Origin: an uncultured Pseudomonadota bacterium | Lineage (GTDB): Bacteria > Myxococcota_A > Polyangia > Fen-1088 | Assembly (NCBI GenBank): GCA_963779495.1 | Contig: CAVZYM010000005.1 | Location: forward strand, 528,241-592,240 | Reading direction: 5' to 3' | DNA: 64,000 bases | Shown here: positions 1 to 8,991 of the stretch, one piece after another | Position numbering within the stretch: position 1 is the first letter of the stretch | How the letters are laid out: every line of letters starts with the position of its first letter | The notes under the pieces: model-generated | The model's input: only the letters and a program-made list of their open reading frames with translations | Told to the model about the DNA's origin: nothing | Databases searched by the model: none | Program-made: the position numbers and the translations under genes

Positions 1-148
1 GGCGACGGCGCCGCGGCCGCAATCGCCCCGGGCGCGACAACCAGCAACGTCACGGCCGCGACCGCGATCGCGATCGCGGCCCGCGCCTCCCCGGCTTCTA
101 CAACCCCGGCGGCGACTCGCCCCTCCCGCGCGCAGCGCGGGGGTGCGG

Positions 149-1104
149 CTATTTTCTAACCCAGTCGATGAAGCGGCGAATGCCCTCTTCGATCGGAACC
201 TTGGGCGCGTAGCCGAGCGCCCGTCCTGCCAGCGAGACGTCGGCGAGCGTGTGGAGCATGTCGCCGGGCTGGGCGGGCAACCAGCGGACCTTCGCCTCCT
301 TGTCGAGCCCCGCCGACAGGAGATCGACCAGCCGCCGCAGCGACGTCGTGCGCGAGCCGCCCAGATTGTAGATCCGATAGCCGGAGGCGGCCCCGCGCGG
401 CTCGTCGATCGCCGCCATCACCCCGTCGATGATGTCGTCGATGAAGGTGTAGTCGCGCGAGCTGCTGCCGTCGCCGAACAGCTCGATCGGGCTGACCGGC
501 GCTGATCAGCCGGGCGAACTTGTGGATCGCCAGGTCGGGCCGCTGGCGGGGGCCGTAGACGGTGAAGAAGCGCAGGCAGGTGACGTCCAGCCCGTGGAGC
601 GTGATGGGCCGCGAACAGCGTCAGCTCGTTCGCGCGCTTGGTCGCCGCGTAGGGCGACAGCGGCGTCAGGCAGGGGTCCGACTCCTTGAACGGCGGCACG
701 CTGTCGCGGCCGTAGACCGACGACGACGACCCGAACACCATCCGGGTGACGCCGGCCGCGCGGGCAGCGTCGGCGACCCGCTGGGTACCGGTGACGTTGA
801 CGTCGGCGTAGCGCGCCGGATCGGCCAGCGAGGGTCTGACGCCCGCCAGCGCCGCCAGATGGACGACCGCGTCGGGGCGGCGCCCGGACAGCGCGCGCGC
901 CAGATCATCCGCCGAGCGAATGTCTCCCTCCACCAGCGTGAACCCGGGAACACGACGCAACGCCTCCAGGTTTCGCTCCTTGGCCGCGCGCGGATAGAAA
1001 CCGTCGAAGTTGTCGAACCCGATCACCTCGTCGCCGCGCCCACACAACCGTTCGGCGAGGTGTGAGCCGATGAACCCCGCCGCACCGGTCAGGAAGATGA
1101 GCAT
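149..1104 (-). CDS. NAD-dependent epimerase/dehydratase (UDP-glucose/UDP-glucuronate 4-epimerase family), interrupted by two apparent +1 frameshifts (~493 and ~603)
   Basis: N-terminal Rossmann motif [12 protein letters not shown] and catalytic YAATK in the 418..1134 ORF. The conserved C-terminus (IYNLG...WLPAQPGD...LGYAPK...[10 protein letters not shown]) is the separate 149..421 ORF. Re-translation shows the missing middle ([38 protein letters not shown] / [18 protein letters not shown]) is recovered by removing one g at each site. Confidence 0.8.
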
Positions 1105-1145
1105 CGTGGGCGCCAGAATATCGCCGAAGCGCATAAAATAGCGAC

Positions 1146-2135
1146 GTGCGCGCGCCCCGTGCTTTCGTCGCCGCCGGGCTGACCCTGATGACCGCCGCGT
1201 TCGGCTGCGACGCGCGCCTCTATCCCATCAAGGACGCGCCCCCGAGCGACGTCTCCTCCTGCCCGACCGAGATGGTCGGCTTCGCCACCTTCGAGGGCGG
1301 CACGACCGGCGGTGGCGCCGCCACGCCGGCGACGGTGACCACCGCCAGCGGCTTCCGGACCATCGCCGAGGCCGAGCCCCCCGCCGTGATCCAGGTGAAC
1401 GGCAACATCGCGCTCGACGATCGCGTGCGGGTCGCCTGGAACAAGACGATCATCGGCCTCGGCGACGCCTCGGGGTTCACCGGCGCGGGCCTCGACCTGA
1501 CCGACAGCGAGAACATCATCATCCGCAACCTGGTGATCACCAAGGCCGTCGACACCGATGCCATCACCGTGCAGCGGTCGCGGCACGTCTGGATCGATCA
1601 CTGCGATCTCTCCAGCGACCGCGACCACGACCAGGGCTACTACGACGGCCTGATCGATATCACCCACGCCTCCGACGACGTCACCGTGTCGTGGACGGAG
1701 CTGCACGATCACTACGACAGCGGCCTCGTCGGCCATTCGGTGGACAACGTCGACGAGGACAACGGCCACCTGACCGTCACCTACCACCACAACCGCTACG
1801 CGCAGGTCGAGACCGGCCCGCGCGTACGCTTCGGCAACGTGCACGTCTTCAACAACGTGTTCACCGACGTCACCCTCTACGCCGTGGCCTCGCAGATGGG
1901 GGCGGACGTCCTGGTCGAACGGAACGGGATCGACCGGGTCGCGACGCCGATCCTGACCCACTACGAAGATCCCGAGGACGGGGCCGCGCACGAGGAGGGG
2001 AACAGCTACCGGGGAAGCGGCGCCTCCGACATCACGATGGAGACGACCTGGACGCCCCCCTACGACTACATGCCCGATTCGGCCGACAGCGCCCGCGCGC
2101 TGGTCGACTTCTGCGCCGGCGTCGGCAAGCTATAG
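1146..2135 (+). CDS. Pectate lyase (PL1 family) lipoprotein
   Basis: Signal peptide plus lipobox (LTLMTAAFGC). PL1 motifs WIDH, vTVS and RVRFG (RxPxxR-like), and a parallel beta-helix-like Asn/Asp-rich sequence. Confidence 0.85.
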   Translation: MRAPRAFVAAGLTLMTAAFGCDARLYPIKDAPPSDVSSCPTEMVGFATFEGGTTGGGAATPATVTTASGFRTIAEAEPPAVIQVNGNIALDDRVRVAWNKTIIGLGDASGFTGAGLDLTDSENIIIRNLVITKAVDTDAITVQRSRHVWIDHCDLSSDRDHDQGYYDGLIDITHASDDVTVSWTELHDHYDSGLVGHSVDNVDEDNGHLTVTYHHNRYAQVETGPRVRFGNVHVFNNVFTDVTLYAVASQMGADVLVERNGIDRVATPILTHYEDPEDGAAHEEGNSYRGSGASDITMETTWTPPYDYMPDSADSARALVDFCAGVGKL

Positions 2136-2893
2136 CGGCGCGCGAAGGTCGAGCAGGAGCTCGACGTTCCCCTTGCCGCCGGTGATCGGCGAGACGGTGT
2201 CTGCGACGGCGGTGAACCCGAGCGCGACCGCCGCCGCCCGCACCTCGACCAGCGCCCGGGCCCGCGCCGCCTCGTCGCGCACGATGCCCCCCTTGCCGAC
2301 GTCGGCGCGGCCGACCTCGAACTGCGGCTTCACCAGCGCGATCACCGGCGCGCCGGGCTGGGCCAGCGGCGGCAGCGCCGGCAGCACCAGCTTGAGCGAG
2401 ATGAACGACACATCGATCACGACGACGCCGGCGCGCTCGGGCAAGAGGTCCGGTCCGCGCGAGCCGGATGTTGACCCGATCGAGCACGCGCACGCGCGGA
2501 TCGGAGGCGACCTTCCAGTCGAGCTGCCCCTGCCCGACGTCGACGCAGTAGACCCGCGCCGCCCCGCGCTGCAGCAGGCAATCGGTGAACCCGCCGGTCG
2601 AGGCGCCGACGTCCAGCGCGACCAGGCCGCTGACGTCGACCCCGAAGGTGTCGAGCGCGTGCGCCAGCTTGATCCCGCCCCGCGACACGTACGGCATCGG
2701 CGCCGAGCGCAGCCGCAGCTCGGCCGTCTCGTCGACCAGATCGCCCGCCTTGTCGACGGGGCGGTCGCCCGCCAGCACCTCGCCGGCCAGGATCAACGCC
2801 CGCGCCTTCTCGCGCGACGGCGCCAGCCCCTGCTCGACCAGGGCCAGATCGGCGCGGACGCCGCTTGGCCCGCGCCTGTTTGCCGTCGCCCAT
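2130..2893 (-). CDS. tlyA: TlyA-family 16S/23S rRNA 2'-O-ribose methyltransferase (hemolysin A-like), with apparent frameshifts (~2455 and ~2870)
   Basis: S4 domain (ADLALVEQGLAPSREKARALILAGEV) and FtsJ MTase motifs (VALDVGASTGGFTDCLLQRGA, VYCVDVGQGQL). The C-terminal part (VVVIDVSFISLKLVLPAL...) lies in a different frame (ORF 2130..2444). The N-terminal Met (MGDGKQARAKRR) is in a third frame. Confidence 0.75.
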
Positions 2894-3013
2894 GGGGGCG
2901 AGATGATAGCCCCACCGCACCGGGGCGGCACCGAACGCGGCGGCGAACGTCATTGCAAACCGGTCGCCCCTGCGTAGAATGTCGCCGCGCGCGACCCCCG
3001 GGTCGCGCGCGAT

Positions 3014-3086
3014 GGGGATGTAGCTCAGCTGGGAGAGCGCCTGAATCGCACTCAGGAGGCCGACGGTTCGATCCCGTTCATCTCCA
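3014..3086 (+). tRNA. tRNA-Ala (anticodon CGC)
   Basis: Cloverleaf folded by hand: acceptor GGGGATG/CATCTCC with G3:U70 Ala identity pair; D-arm GCTC-AGCTGGGA-GAGC; anticodon stem CCTGA/TCAGG with loop ATCGCAC (anticodon CGC); T-arm GACGG-TTCGATC-CCGTT; discriminator A. No encoded CCA. Confidence 0.85.
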
Positions 3087-3118
3087 CGAAAGTACTTAGG
3101 TTTTCTTCTGGAAAGTGC

Positions 3119-3152
3119 GTTTGAAACGATTCGCGGTCCAATCGTTTCAAAC
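3119..3152. repeat. Perfect 13-bp inverted repeat (gtttgaaacgatt / aatcgtttcaaac) with an 8-nt loop, AT-rich, immediately 3' of tRNA-Ala
   Basis: Read directly from the sequence. Composition contrasts sharply with the ~70% GC surroundings. Possible tRNA terminator or relic attachment/recombination site. Confidence 0.9.
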
Positions 3153-3154
3153 TC

Positions 3155-3375
3155 AGGAGGCGAGTCGGCCCCCCTCCAGCACGGTTATCACGCGGCGCTG
3201 CTGCGCTCCCGCCACCGCCTCGGGCTTCACGTAGCTCTGGATCGTCGTGGCGCTCGACTCGTGACCGAGCCGTTCTCCACCGCCAGCGTCGAGTAGAGGC
3301 CGCGCATGCCGTGCGCGGTCACCTTCGGCACGCCGGCCGCGTCGCAAATCCGGGTACGCCCTCGGGAAGACCTGA
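3155..3375 (-). pseudogene. Tyrosine recombinase (phage-type integrase) C-terminal remnant, ~70 codons, internally frameshifted
   Basis: Minus-strand translation gives box II-like HGMRGLYSTLAVENG (HxxR), then in another frame LGHESSATTIQSYVKPE with the catalytic Tyr (LGH...TT..Y signature). No N-terminal or core-binding region remains upstream. Confidence 0.7.
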
Positions 3376-3455
3376 ACACCGGCGCTCAGACGACGCGTGG
3401 CCGCCGGCGGCCGATTTTCGTCACAAAAGCCGCGGCCCAGAAACAGTAGGCGCTG

Positions 3456-4565
3456 GTGCCTGCGCGCATGCTGAGTTCGATTGTTGGAAGAGGCTGTTTC
3501 GTAGGCGCACCGGTTGGCCCGTGGATCGTGCTTGCCGCGGCGCTCGCGGCCTCGTGCGCCGCGGGAGAAGGCTCGGAGGCAACGGGCAATGCCGGGACCT
3601 CGGGGCCGAGCGGGGGCGCGGGCGGCGGCACCGCAGGCTCGAGCAAGGGCGGCGCCGGCGGGAACGCGGGCGCGGCGGGCCTCGCCTCGGCGGGAACGAC
3701 GGGCTCAGGCGTCGCCGGAAGCAGCGCCACGGGCGGCGGCGGGCTCGCCGGCGCGGCGGAAACGTCTGGCAGTGGCGGGGCGGGAGCCGTGGCGGGCGGT
3801 GGCACGGGCGGCGCCGGGAGAGGGGGCGCCGGGACCGCTGGCGCGGCGGGCGGCGGAGGGCTGCCGAGTGGCGGCAGCACCGGAAACGGCGGGCGGGCCG
3901 GCGGCGCCGGAGCTGGGGCTACTGCAGGCGTTGGCGGTCGTGGGGGAACCGGCGGCGCTGTCGGCGGTGCCGGCGGCACCGCGAGCGGTCCCTTCGTGTG
4001 CAATCAGGTCACCGGCGGAAAGCTGACCTACGAGTGGTTCGCGGCCGGGTTCGAAAACGTCGTCGACAACAAGCGCTGGCAAGCCAAATGGCGGGAGGAC
4101 GCCTACGTCGAAGAGTGGGCGGATCCGCAAAGCTCGTTCTGGACCGCGCAGATTAGTTCCGCCTGTGCGAACAACACCGCCACGCCCGACCGGGTGGTGT
4201 TCGGCACCGTGAGCTTCAAGTACAAGACCCAGACCGAGTGGCGTCAGGGCATCACACAAGCGGTGAACACGATCAAGGCGAAGTATCCCGGGCTGAAACG
4301 AATGGACCTCGTCACCCAGATCCGCGGCCCAAACAACATGCTCTGTCCGACGGCCCCCACGGCGGGCGAGACGATCGCGGTTCCACCGGAGCAGGACGCC
4401 GCGATGGGAGAGGTAGCCGCAGCGTTCCCCGGGTTCGTGTTCGTAGGCCCCAGGGTCCAGGCCCACTCGTGTTCGGAGTTCGTCGGCGGCGGCCCCCACC
4501 TGACCACCGCAGGCAACATGGCTAACGTGCAGCCGTTCGCCGACTACTTCGTCCAGGCACAATGA
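3456..4565 (+). CDS. Lipoprotein with a long Gly/Ala/Thr-rich low-complexity region and a C-terminal ~190-aa domain of unknown function
   Basis: Signal peptide plus lipobox (LAAALAASC), ~140 aa of G/A/T/S-rich repeats, then a diverse C-terminal domain. One of three Gly-rich lipoprotein paralogues in this window. Confidence 0.6.
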   Translation: MPARMLSSIVGRGCFVGAPVGPWIVLAAALAASCAAGEGSEATGNAGTSGPSGGAGGGTAGSSKGGAGGNAGAAGLASAGTTGSGVAGSSATGGGGLAGAAETSGSGGAGAVAGGGTGGAGRGGAGTAGAAGGGGLPSGGSTGNGGRAGGAGAGATAGVGGRGGTGGAVGGAGGTASGPFVCNQVTGGKLTYEWFAAGFENVVDNKRWQAKWREDAYVEEWADPQSSFWTAQISSACANNTATPDRVVFGTVSFKYKTQTEWRQGITQAVNTIKAKYPGLKRMDLVTQIRGPNNMLCPTAPTAGETIAVPPEQDAAMGEVAAAFPGFVFVGPRVQAHSCSEFVGGGPHLTTAGNMANVQPFADYFVQAQ

Positions 4566-4568
4566 GCG

Positions 4569-4814
4569 GTGTTCGTGTTGCCGTTCTTGTTGGGTGATCG
4601 ATTGGTGGCCCGCGTCGACCTGAAGAGCGACCGCAAGAAGGACCGCTTGCAGGTCATCGCGGTCCATGCCGAGGCCGGCATCCCGCTGCACGCCGCCGAA
4701 GCGCTCGCGGGCGAGCTTCGTTTGCTAGCCGACTGGTTGGGCCTCCCGAACATCGCCCTAGGCCGACCCGGGAACTTCGCAAAGGAGCTCGCTCGTCAGT
4801 TTCCGCGGACCTGA
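4569..4814 (+). pseudogene. Orphan 3' fragment (81 codons) of a ycaQ/alkZ-like glycosylase gene; ~92% nt identical to 8746..8981
   Basis: Protein [39 protein letters not shown]...ARQFPRT is near-identical to the C-terminus of the 7782..8981 product. No upstream coding continuation. Confidence 0.75.
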
Positions 4815-4940
4815 GCTGGTCGCGCTGGCTGCGGCTCTCGTGTGGCGTGTCAGGACGTCCTCACGCTCGGCGAAGGCGCCGAACCGGCCCTAGGCCATCG
4901 TGTAGACAAACTCCCCGAGCGGGCCCGCGAGCCCCCGGAC

Positions 4941-5819
4941 CTACGCTTGCGGCGCGGTCGTCATGACCCATACGCGTAAGACGCCTCGCAGGCGCTCGAG
5001 CGACGCGGGAGACAGGCCGAGCGCCTGGATTGACGAGAACGACGGCGTCTCGTCAACCTGACTGCGGACCCGGACGTTGAACCCGACACGGCCAAGGAAG
5101 GCCGCGAGGTCGTGATCATCCTCGAACGCCGAGGCGTCGACCTGACGTTGTGTAACCCCGGTGATTGCCTCGCGCAGTCGCACCCGCTCGGGCGGCAGGT
5201 CCTTCGCCTCCACTCTGAACGTGAAGTCAGGCGTGATCCAGGAGCCGCCTGCAAATTCCTCGAGCAGCCGGCGAATATTCGTCGCGAGCTGCTCCGTTTG
5301 CTCCTTCGACAGGTACATGATCAGCCCTTCGCACAGAACGGTGAGGGTCCGACTTCGGTCGAGGACGGCCGCGCTGGAGCGGACCTCGTCAAAGTCCAAC
5401 GCATCGGCGGCGACCACGACGTGCTGCGGGCTCCGCACGATGGCGTGGTGCTGCCGAACATCCTCGAGCAGACTGAGCTTCGCCGCGACGACGTCAGGCA
5501 GATCGGTCTCCACGTACCGGACCGCGCCGCTGCGGGTGAGATCGAGCCCGCGGAGCGAGTACCCGCTCGCGAGCTCGAGGACCTGAGACGCGCCGGACTG
5601 GAGGATCAGCTGCGTGATGCTCTTGTATCGGGCCTCGAACATCGGCGCGTAGAAGGTGAGCGTCTCGCGCTCCAACCCGTGCTCCCTCAGGATCTGATCG
5701 AAGGCGGCGTCGGCGCCGATTCGCTTCGCTACCTCCTGAGCGAACGGGATGTCCGAGAACTGGCGATAGTAGGCGGCGATCTTGGCTGTGACGCTGATGA
5801 GAGAGGAATCAGCGGGCAT
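4941..5819 (-). CDS. Class I SAM-dependent methyltransferase (LCM/TcmP-like O-methyltransferase family)
   Basis: LCM-like motifs: QVLELASGYSLRGLDL (GxGxD-type SAM pocket) and VETDLPDVVAAKLSLL (EVDxP...K). Length ~290 aa is typical. Confidence 0.55.
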   Translation of the reverse strand: MPADSSLISVTAKIAAYYRQFSDIPFAQEVAKRIGADAAFDQILREHGLERETLTFYAPMFEARYKSITQLILQSGASQVLELASGYSLRGLDLTRSGAVRYVETDLPDVVAAKLSLLEDVRQHHAIVRSPQHVVVAADALDFDEVRSSAAVLDRSRTLTVLCEGLIMYLSKEQTEQLATNIRRLLEEFAGGSWITPDFTFRVEAKDLPPERVRLREAITGVTQRQVDASAFEDDHDLAAFLGRVGFNVRVRSQVDETPSFSSIQALGLSPASLERLRGVLRVWVMTTAPQA

Positions 5820-5867
5820 GGCGCGAGGATAGCTGCCACGTCGGCCTTGGGAACGATTACCGCTCTT

Positions 5868-6803
5868 CTAGTTCGCGGCGCCGATCCGGACGTCGATCGT
5901 TCCTTCGGTGATCGTGGCGGTGGAGCCGGCCGCGATGGGATCGGACGTGCCGAGCGAGAAGGTCGCGACCAGTCCTCCGCCCCGGTCGAGAAACGTCGTG
6001 GCGTTGATGCTCAACTGGCTGCTGGTGAACGGGCCGCCGCTGCCGTCGCCGCCCACATAGAAGGCGCCGCCATTCTGGCTGATACCGGTCCTGTCGAACG
6101 CGACGGTGCCGCCGCTCTTGACGACCTCGAGGTCCAAGCGGTCGTACGGAGAGCCGTAGTTGTAGCCGCTGATCTGGTAGCGCGATCGGGTGCCGTCGCT
6201 CTTGTAGCCGCAGTCGAAGCGGGAGTTGAAAGATTTCATCACGCCGTTGACCCGGGCGGTGAGCGAGCCGATGCAGGGCCGATACTCGATCTTTCGGCCG
6301 TTCAGATCGTACATGCCCGACGGGCAGTACGGCCCGCCGGTGCCGAGCGACAGCGCTTCGACGTCGGGCGTGACGCTCGATTTGTAGACGAGCTTCCAGG
6401 TCTTCGTGCCCGCGCCGCCCGCCGGTAGACCGCCCGCGCAGAAGGCGATCACGTCGCTGCGGGGCGGACAGTTCGGGACGACGCCGGGCTGATAAAAGCA
6501 CGCCTCGTCGGCAGCCTGCTTCTGCGCGGCGGTGAGCGGGGGGGTGTCGGCGGCGGTCACGATGCACATCGTCTCGTAGCCCTGCTGCCAGAGCACCTCG
6601 CCGGCGTTGGTCTGCTGGCAGAAGTGCTCGCCCGCCGGGATCATCGCGGCGGTGAACGCATCGGTCGGTGGCGCCGCGGTGTCCATCACTGTGCCAGCGG
6701 TGTCCATCTCTGTGCCGCCGTCTTGCGGTGACGCACCCTTCGAACCGCCGCACCCGAGCGCGCCGAGCGCGATCGCCGAACAGACCCTCCCGATTGACCT
6801 CAT
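5868..6803 (-). CDS. Hypothetical lipoprotein
   Basis: Internal Met followed by signal plus lipobox (MRSIGRVCSAIALGALGCGG). Diverse composition, several Cys. Tandem with the methyltransferase gene downstream. Confidence 0.5.
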   Translation of the reverse strand: MRSIGRVCSAIALGALGCGGSKGASPQDGGTEMDTAGTVMDTAAPPTDAFTAAMIPAGEHFCQQTNAGEVLWQQGYETMCIVTAADTPPLTAAQKQAADEACFYQPGVVPNCPPRSDVIAFCAGGLPAGGAGTKTWKLVYKSSVTPDVEALSLGTGGPYCPSGMYDLNGRKIEYRPCIGSLTARVNGVMKSFNSRFDCGYKSDGTRSRYQISGYNYGSPYDRLDLEVVKSGGTVAFDRTGISQNGGAFYVGGDGSGGPFTSSQLSINATTFLDRGGGLVATFSLGTSDPIAAGSTATITEGTIDVRIGAAN

Positions 6804-6945
6804 TGAATACCCCCGAACCAGCGTCGCGCAGGGCGGTCCGCTCGTCAACGGCGCCCTCTTTCGGGGAGCGGAGCTACCCCTTGATCGGGACGCGAGGCGG
6901 CCCCGGCGCTATTGTCACCGTCGCACCGAGAGGGAGGTCAACCTG

Positions 6946-7701
6946 CGCACCAAGATAACGATCCTGTGCTTGGCAGCCGCAGCGGCGGCCGCCGGGAGCG
7001 TCGAAGCGGCCACGTGCCCGATCGCGGCCCAGGTCAGCGCGCGACGTCCCACCGTGGTGCTGGGCGAACCGATCGATCTCACGCTCGTCCTCAAGAACAC
7101 GGCCGCGGGCGCGATCGCGCTTCAAGCGCCCAGCGAAAAAACCGGCAGCGTGCGCCTTTCGATCGCCGAGGATGCCAATCCAACGGCGTTCCGCTCCTAC
7201 ATCGGGCCGGAGTGGGGAACCAAGGACGCCCGCCGACCGCCGGTGCGGCTGAAGAAGAACGGAGCGTTGCGGCTGACCCTTCACGTGCTCTCCAACGGCG
7301 TGCCCCGCGTCGCGAAACCCGATCCGAAAGAGATCAGCACGCCGTTCGCTTTCGGCGCCGCGGGTCGGTTCGTGGCGCGCGTCCGCTACGAAGACCGTTC
7401 CAACTGCCCCGACCAGCTGGTGGAGGCCACCGTCGCGATCCAGGTCGCAGCGCCTGCGGGGGAAGAGCTCGTCGTGTGGGACCGCATCAAGACCTGCGCC
7501 GCCTGCGCCCTTCTCTTGCACACGGCGGAGCTCGACCCGAACGATCGTGCGTCGCAGGACGCGGTCACTCTCTTCCGCCAGATCGTCGCGCAGCACCCGC
7601 GCACGCGCTACGCGAAATCAATCCGAACGGTTCTCAGCAAGATCGACAGCGACAATCGAGGCGACAGTGGGAACTATGGCGACGAGGATGATGGAGGCTA
7701 G
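6946..7701 (+). CDS. Hypothetical secreted protein, probable non-ATG (CTG) start
   Basis: No in-frame ATG/GTG. A strong SD (gagggagg) lies 5 nt before CTG, giving a textbook signal peptide MRTKITILCLAAAAAAAGSVEA|A. The downstream sequence looks like a real protein, and alternative frames are Arg-rich junk. Confidence 0.45.
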   Translation, partial: RTKITILCLAAAAAAAGSVEAATCPIAAQVSARRPTVVLGEPIDLTLVLKNTAAGAIALQAPSEKTGSVRLSIAEDANPTAFRSYIGPEWGTKDARRPPVRLKKNGALRLTLHVLSNGVPRVAKPDPKEISTPFAFGAAGRFVARVRYEDRSNCPDQLVEATVAIQVAAPAGEELVVWDRIKTCAACALLLHTAELDPNDRASQDAVTLFRQIVAQHPRTRYAKSIRTVLSKIDSDNRGDSGNYGDEDDGG

Positions 7702-7781
7702 ACGCCGCTCAGGCCGATGCGCTTGGGGCGGCCGCCTCGGTCTTCGCGTCATGCGAATCGTTCCCGCGACAACCCTTCGAA

Positions 7782-8981
7782 ATGAAGACCGAGAGTCTAT
7801 CGCTCCACGAAGCGCGCACCCGAGCGCTCGCCGCCCAGGGCTTCGACCGCAAACGTGGCACGGTCGATGCCAAGGCGGTCGAGCGCGTCGTGGCCGCGAC
7901 CCAGCTGTTTCAGATCGATTCGGTGAGCGTCGTGGTGCGGGCGCACTATCTGCCGCTCTACTCGCGGCTCGGCGTCTACGATCGCGGACTGCTCGACGAG
8001 GCGGCGTGGGGCTCGAAACGATCGCTGTTCGAATATTGGGCACATGAGGCCTCGCTCGTACCGTTCGCGATGCAGCCGCTGTTTCGCTGGCGCATGCGCC
8101 GCGCGGAGCTGGGTGTGGGCATCTGGAAGGTCCTCGCCGACTTCGGGCGTGCCAATCAGCGGCTCATCGCAGACATGCTGGCGCGGATCCGGAACGAGGG
8201 TCCCAAGGTCGCCGGTGATTTCGAGAAGCGCGTCACCAAGAGCTGGTTCTGGGGTTGGAGCAACGCCAAGCGCGGGCTCGAGTGGCTGTTCTGGTCGGGA
8301 AAGATCACGACGGCGACGCGTCGCTCATTCGAGCGCGTCTACGATCTGCCGGAGCGTGTGCTGCCCGCCGCCATCCTCGCGCTGCCGACGCCGAGCGACC
8401 ACGATGCCCACCTCGAGCTGACCCGCCGGGCCGTGCGGGCCCTCGGTGTCGCCAGCCGCCGCGACATCCGCGACTACTTTCGCACCTCTCTCGCGGACAC
8501 AGAGCCATGCATTGCCGAGCTCGTCGAAGCCGGCGAGCTGCTGCCGACGCGCATCGAGGGGCTGAGGGACGCGTACTACGTGCCGCGGGCCGCGCGCGCG
8601 CCCAAAGCACGTGACTACCAGGCTTTGCTCGCGCCGTTCGATCCGGTGGTCTGGCAGCGGCAGCGCACCCACGACCTGTTCGGCTTTCACTACAGACTCG
8701 AGATCTACACGCCGGCGCCGCTGCGCAAGCATGGCTACTACGTGTTGCCGTTCTTGCTGGGTGATCGATTGGTGGCCCGTGTCGATCTGAAGAGCGACCG
8801 CAAAAAGGACCGCTTGCAGGTCATCGCGGTCCACGCCGAGGCCGGCATCCCGCCGCACGCCGCCGAAGCGCTCGCGGGGGAGCTTCGTTTGCTTGCCGGC
8901 TGGTTGGGTCTCCCGAACATCGCCCTGGGCCGACGCGGGAACTTCGCAAAGGCGCTCGCTCGCCAATTCCCGCGGACCTGA
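7782..8981 (+). CDS. YcaQ/AlkZ-family winged-helix DNA glycosylase (interstrand-crosslink repair, DUF1006)
   Basis: ~400 aa with a catalytic Q-phi-D motif (LFQIDSV) as in E. coli YcaQ. Conserved RAHYLPLYSRLG and LFEYWAHEAS blocks. Confidence 0.8.
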   Translation: MKTESLSLHEARTRALAAQGFDRKRGTVDAKAVERVVAATQLFQIDSVSVVVRAHYLPLYSRLGVYDRGLLDEAAWGSKRSLFEYWAHEASLVPFAMQPLFRWRMRRAELGVGIWKVLADFGRANQRLIADMLARIRNEGPKVAGDFEKRVTKSWFWGWSNAKRGLEWLFWSGKITTATRRSFERVYDLPERVLPAAILALPTPSDHDAHLELTRRAVRALGVASRRDIRDYFRTSLADTEPCIAELVEAGELLPTRIEGLRDAYYVPRAARAPKARDYQALLAPFDPVVWQRQRTHDLFGFHYRLEIYTPAPLRKHGYYVLPFLLGDRLVARVDLKSDRKKDRLQVIAVHAEAGIPPHAAEALAGELRLLAGWLGLPNIALGRRGNFAKALARQFPRT

Positions 8982-8991
8982 GCGATCGTGG

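Noticed and set aside
3386-4026. Pro-rich 205-aa (-) and Arg-rich 170-aa (+) ORFs
   Set aside because: Antisense or off-frame translations of the Gly/Ala-rich repeat tract of the 3456..4565 lipoprotein.
5112-6428. 438-aa plus-strand ORF
   Set aside because: Antisense to the methyltransferase and lipoprotein genes. Composition is Arg/Asp-rich with no motifs.
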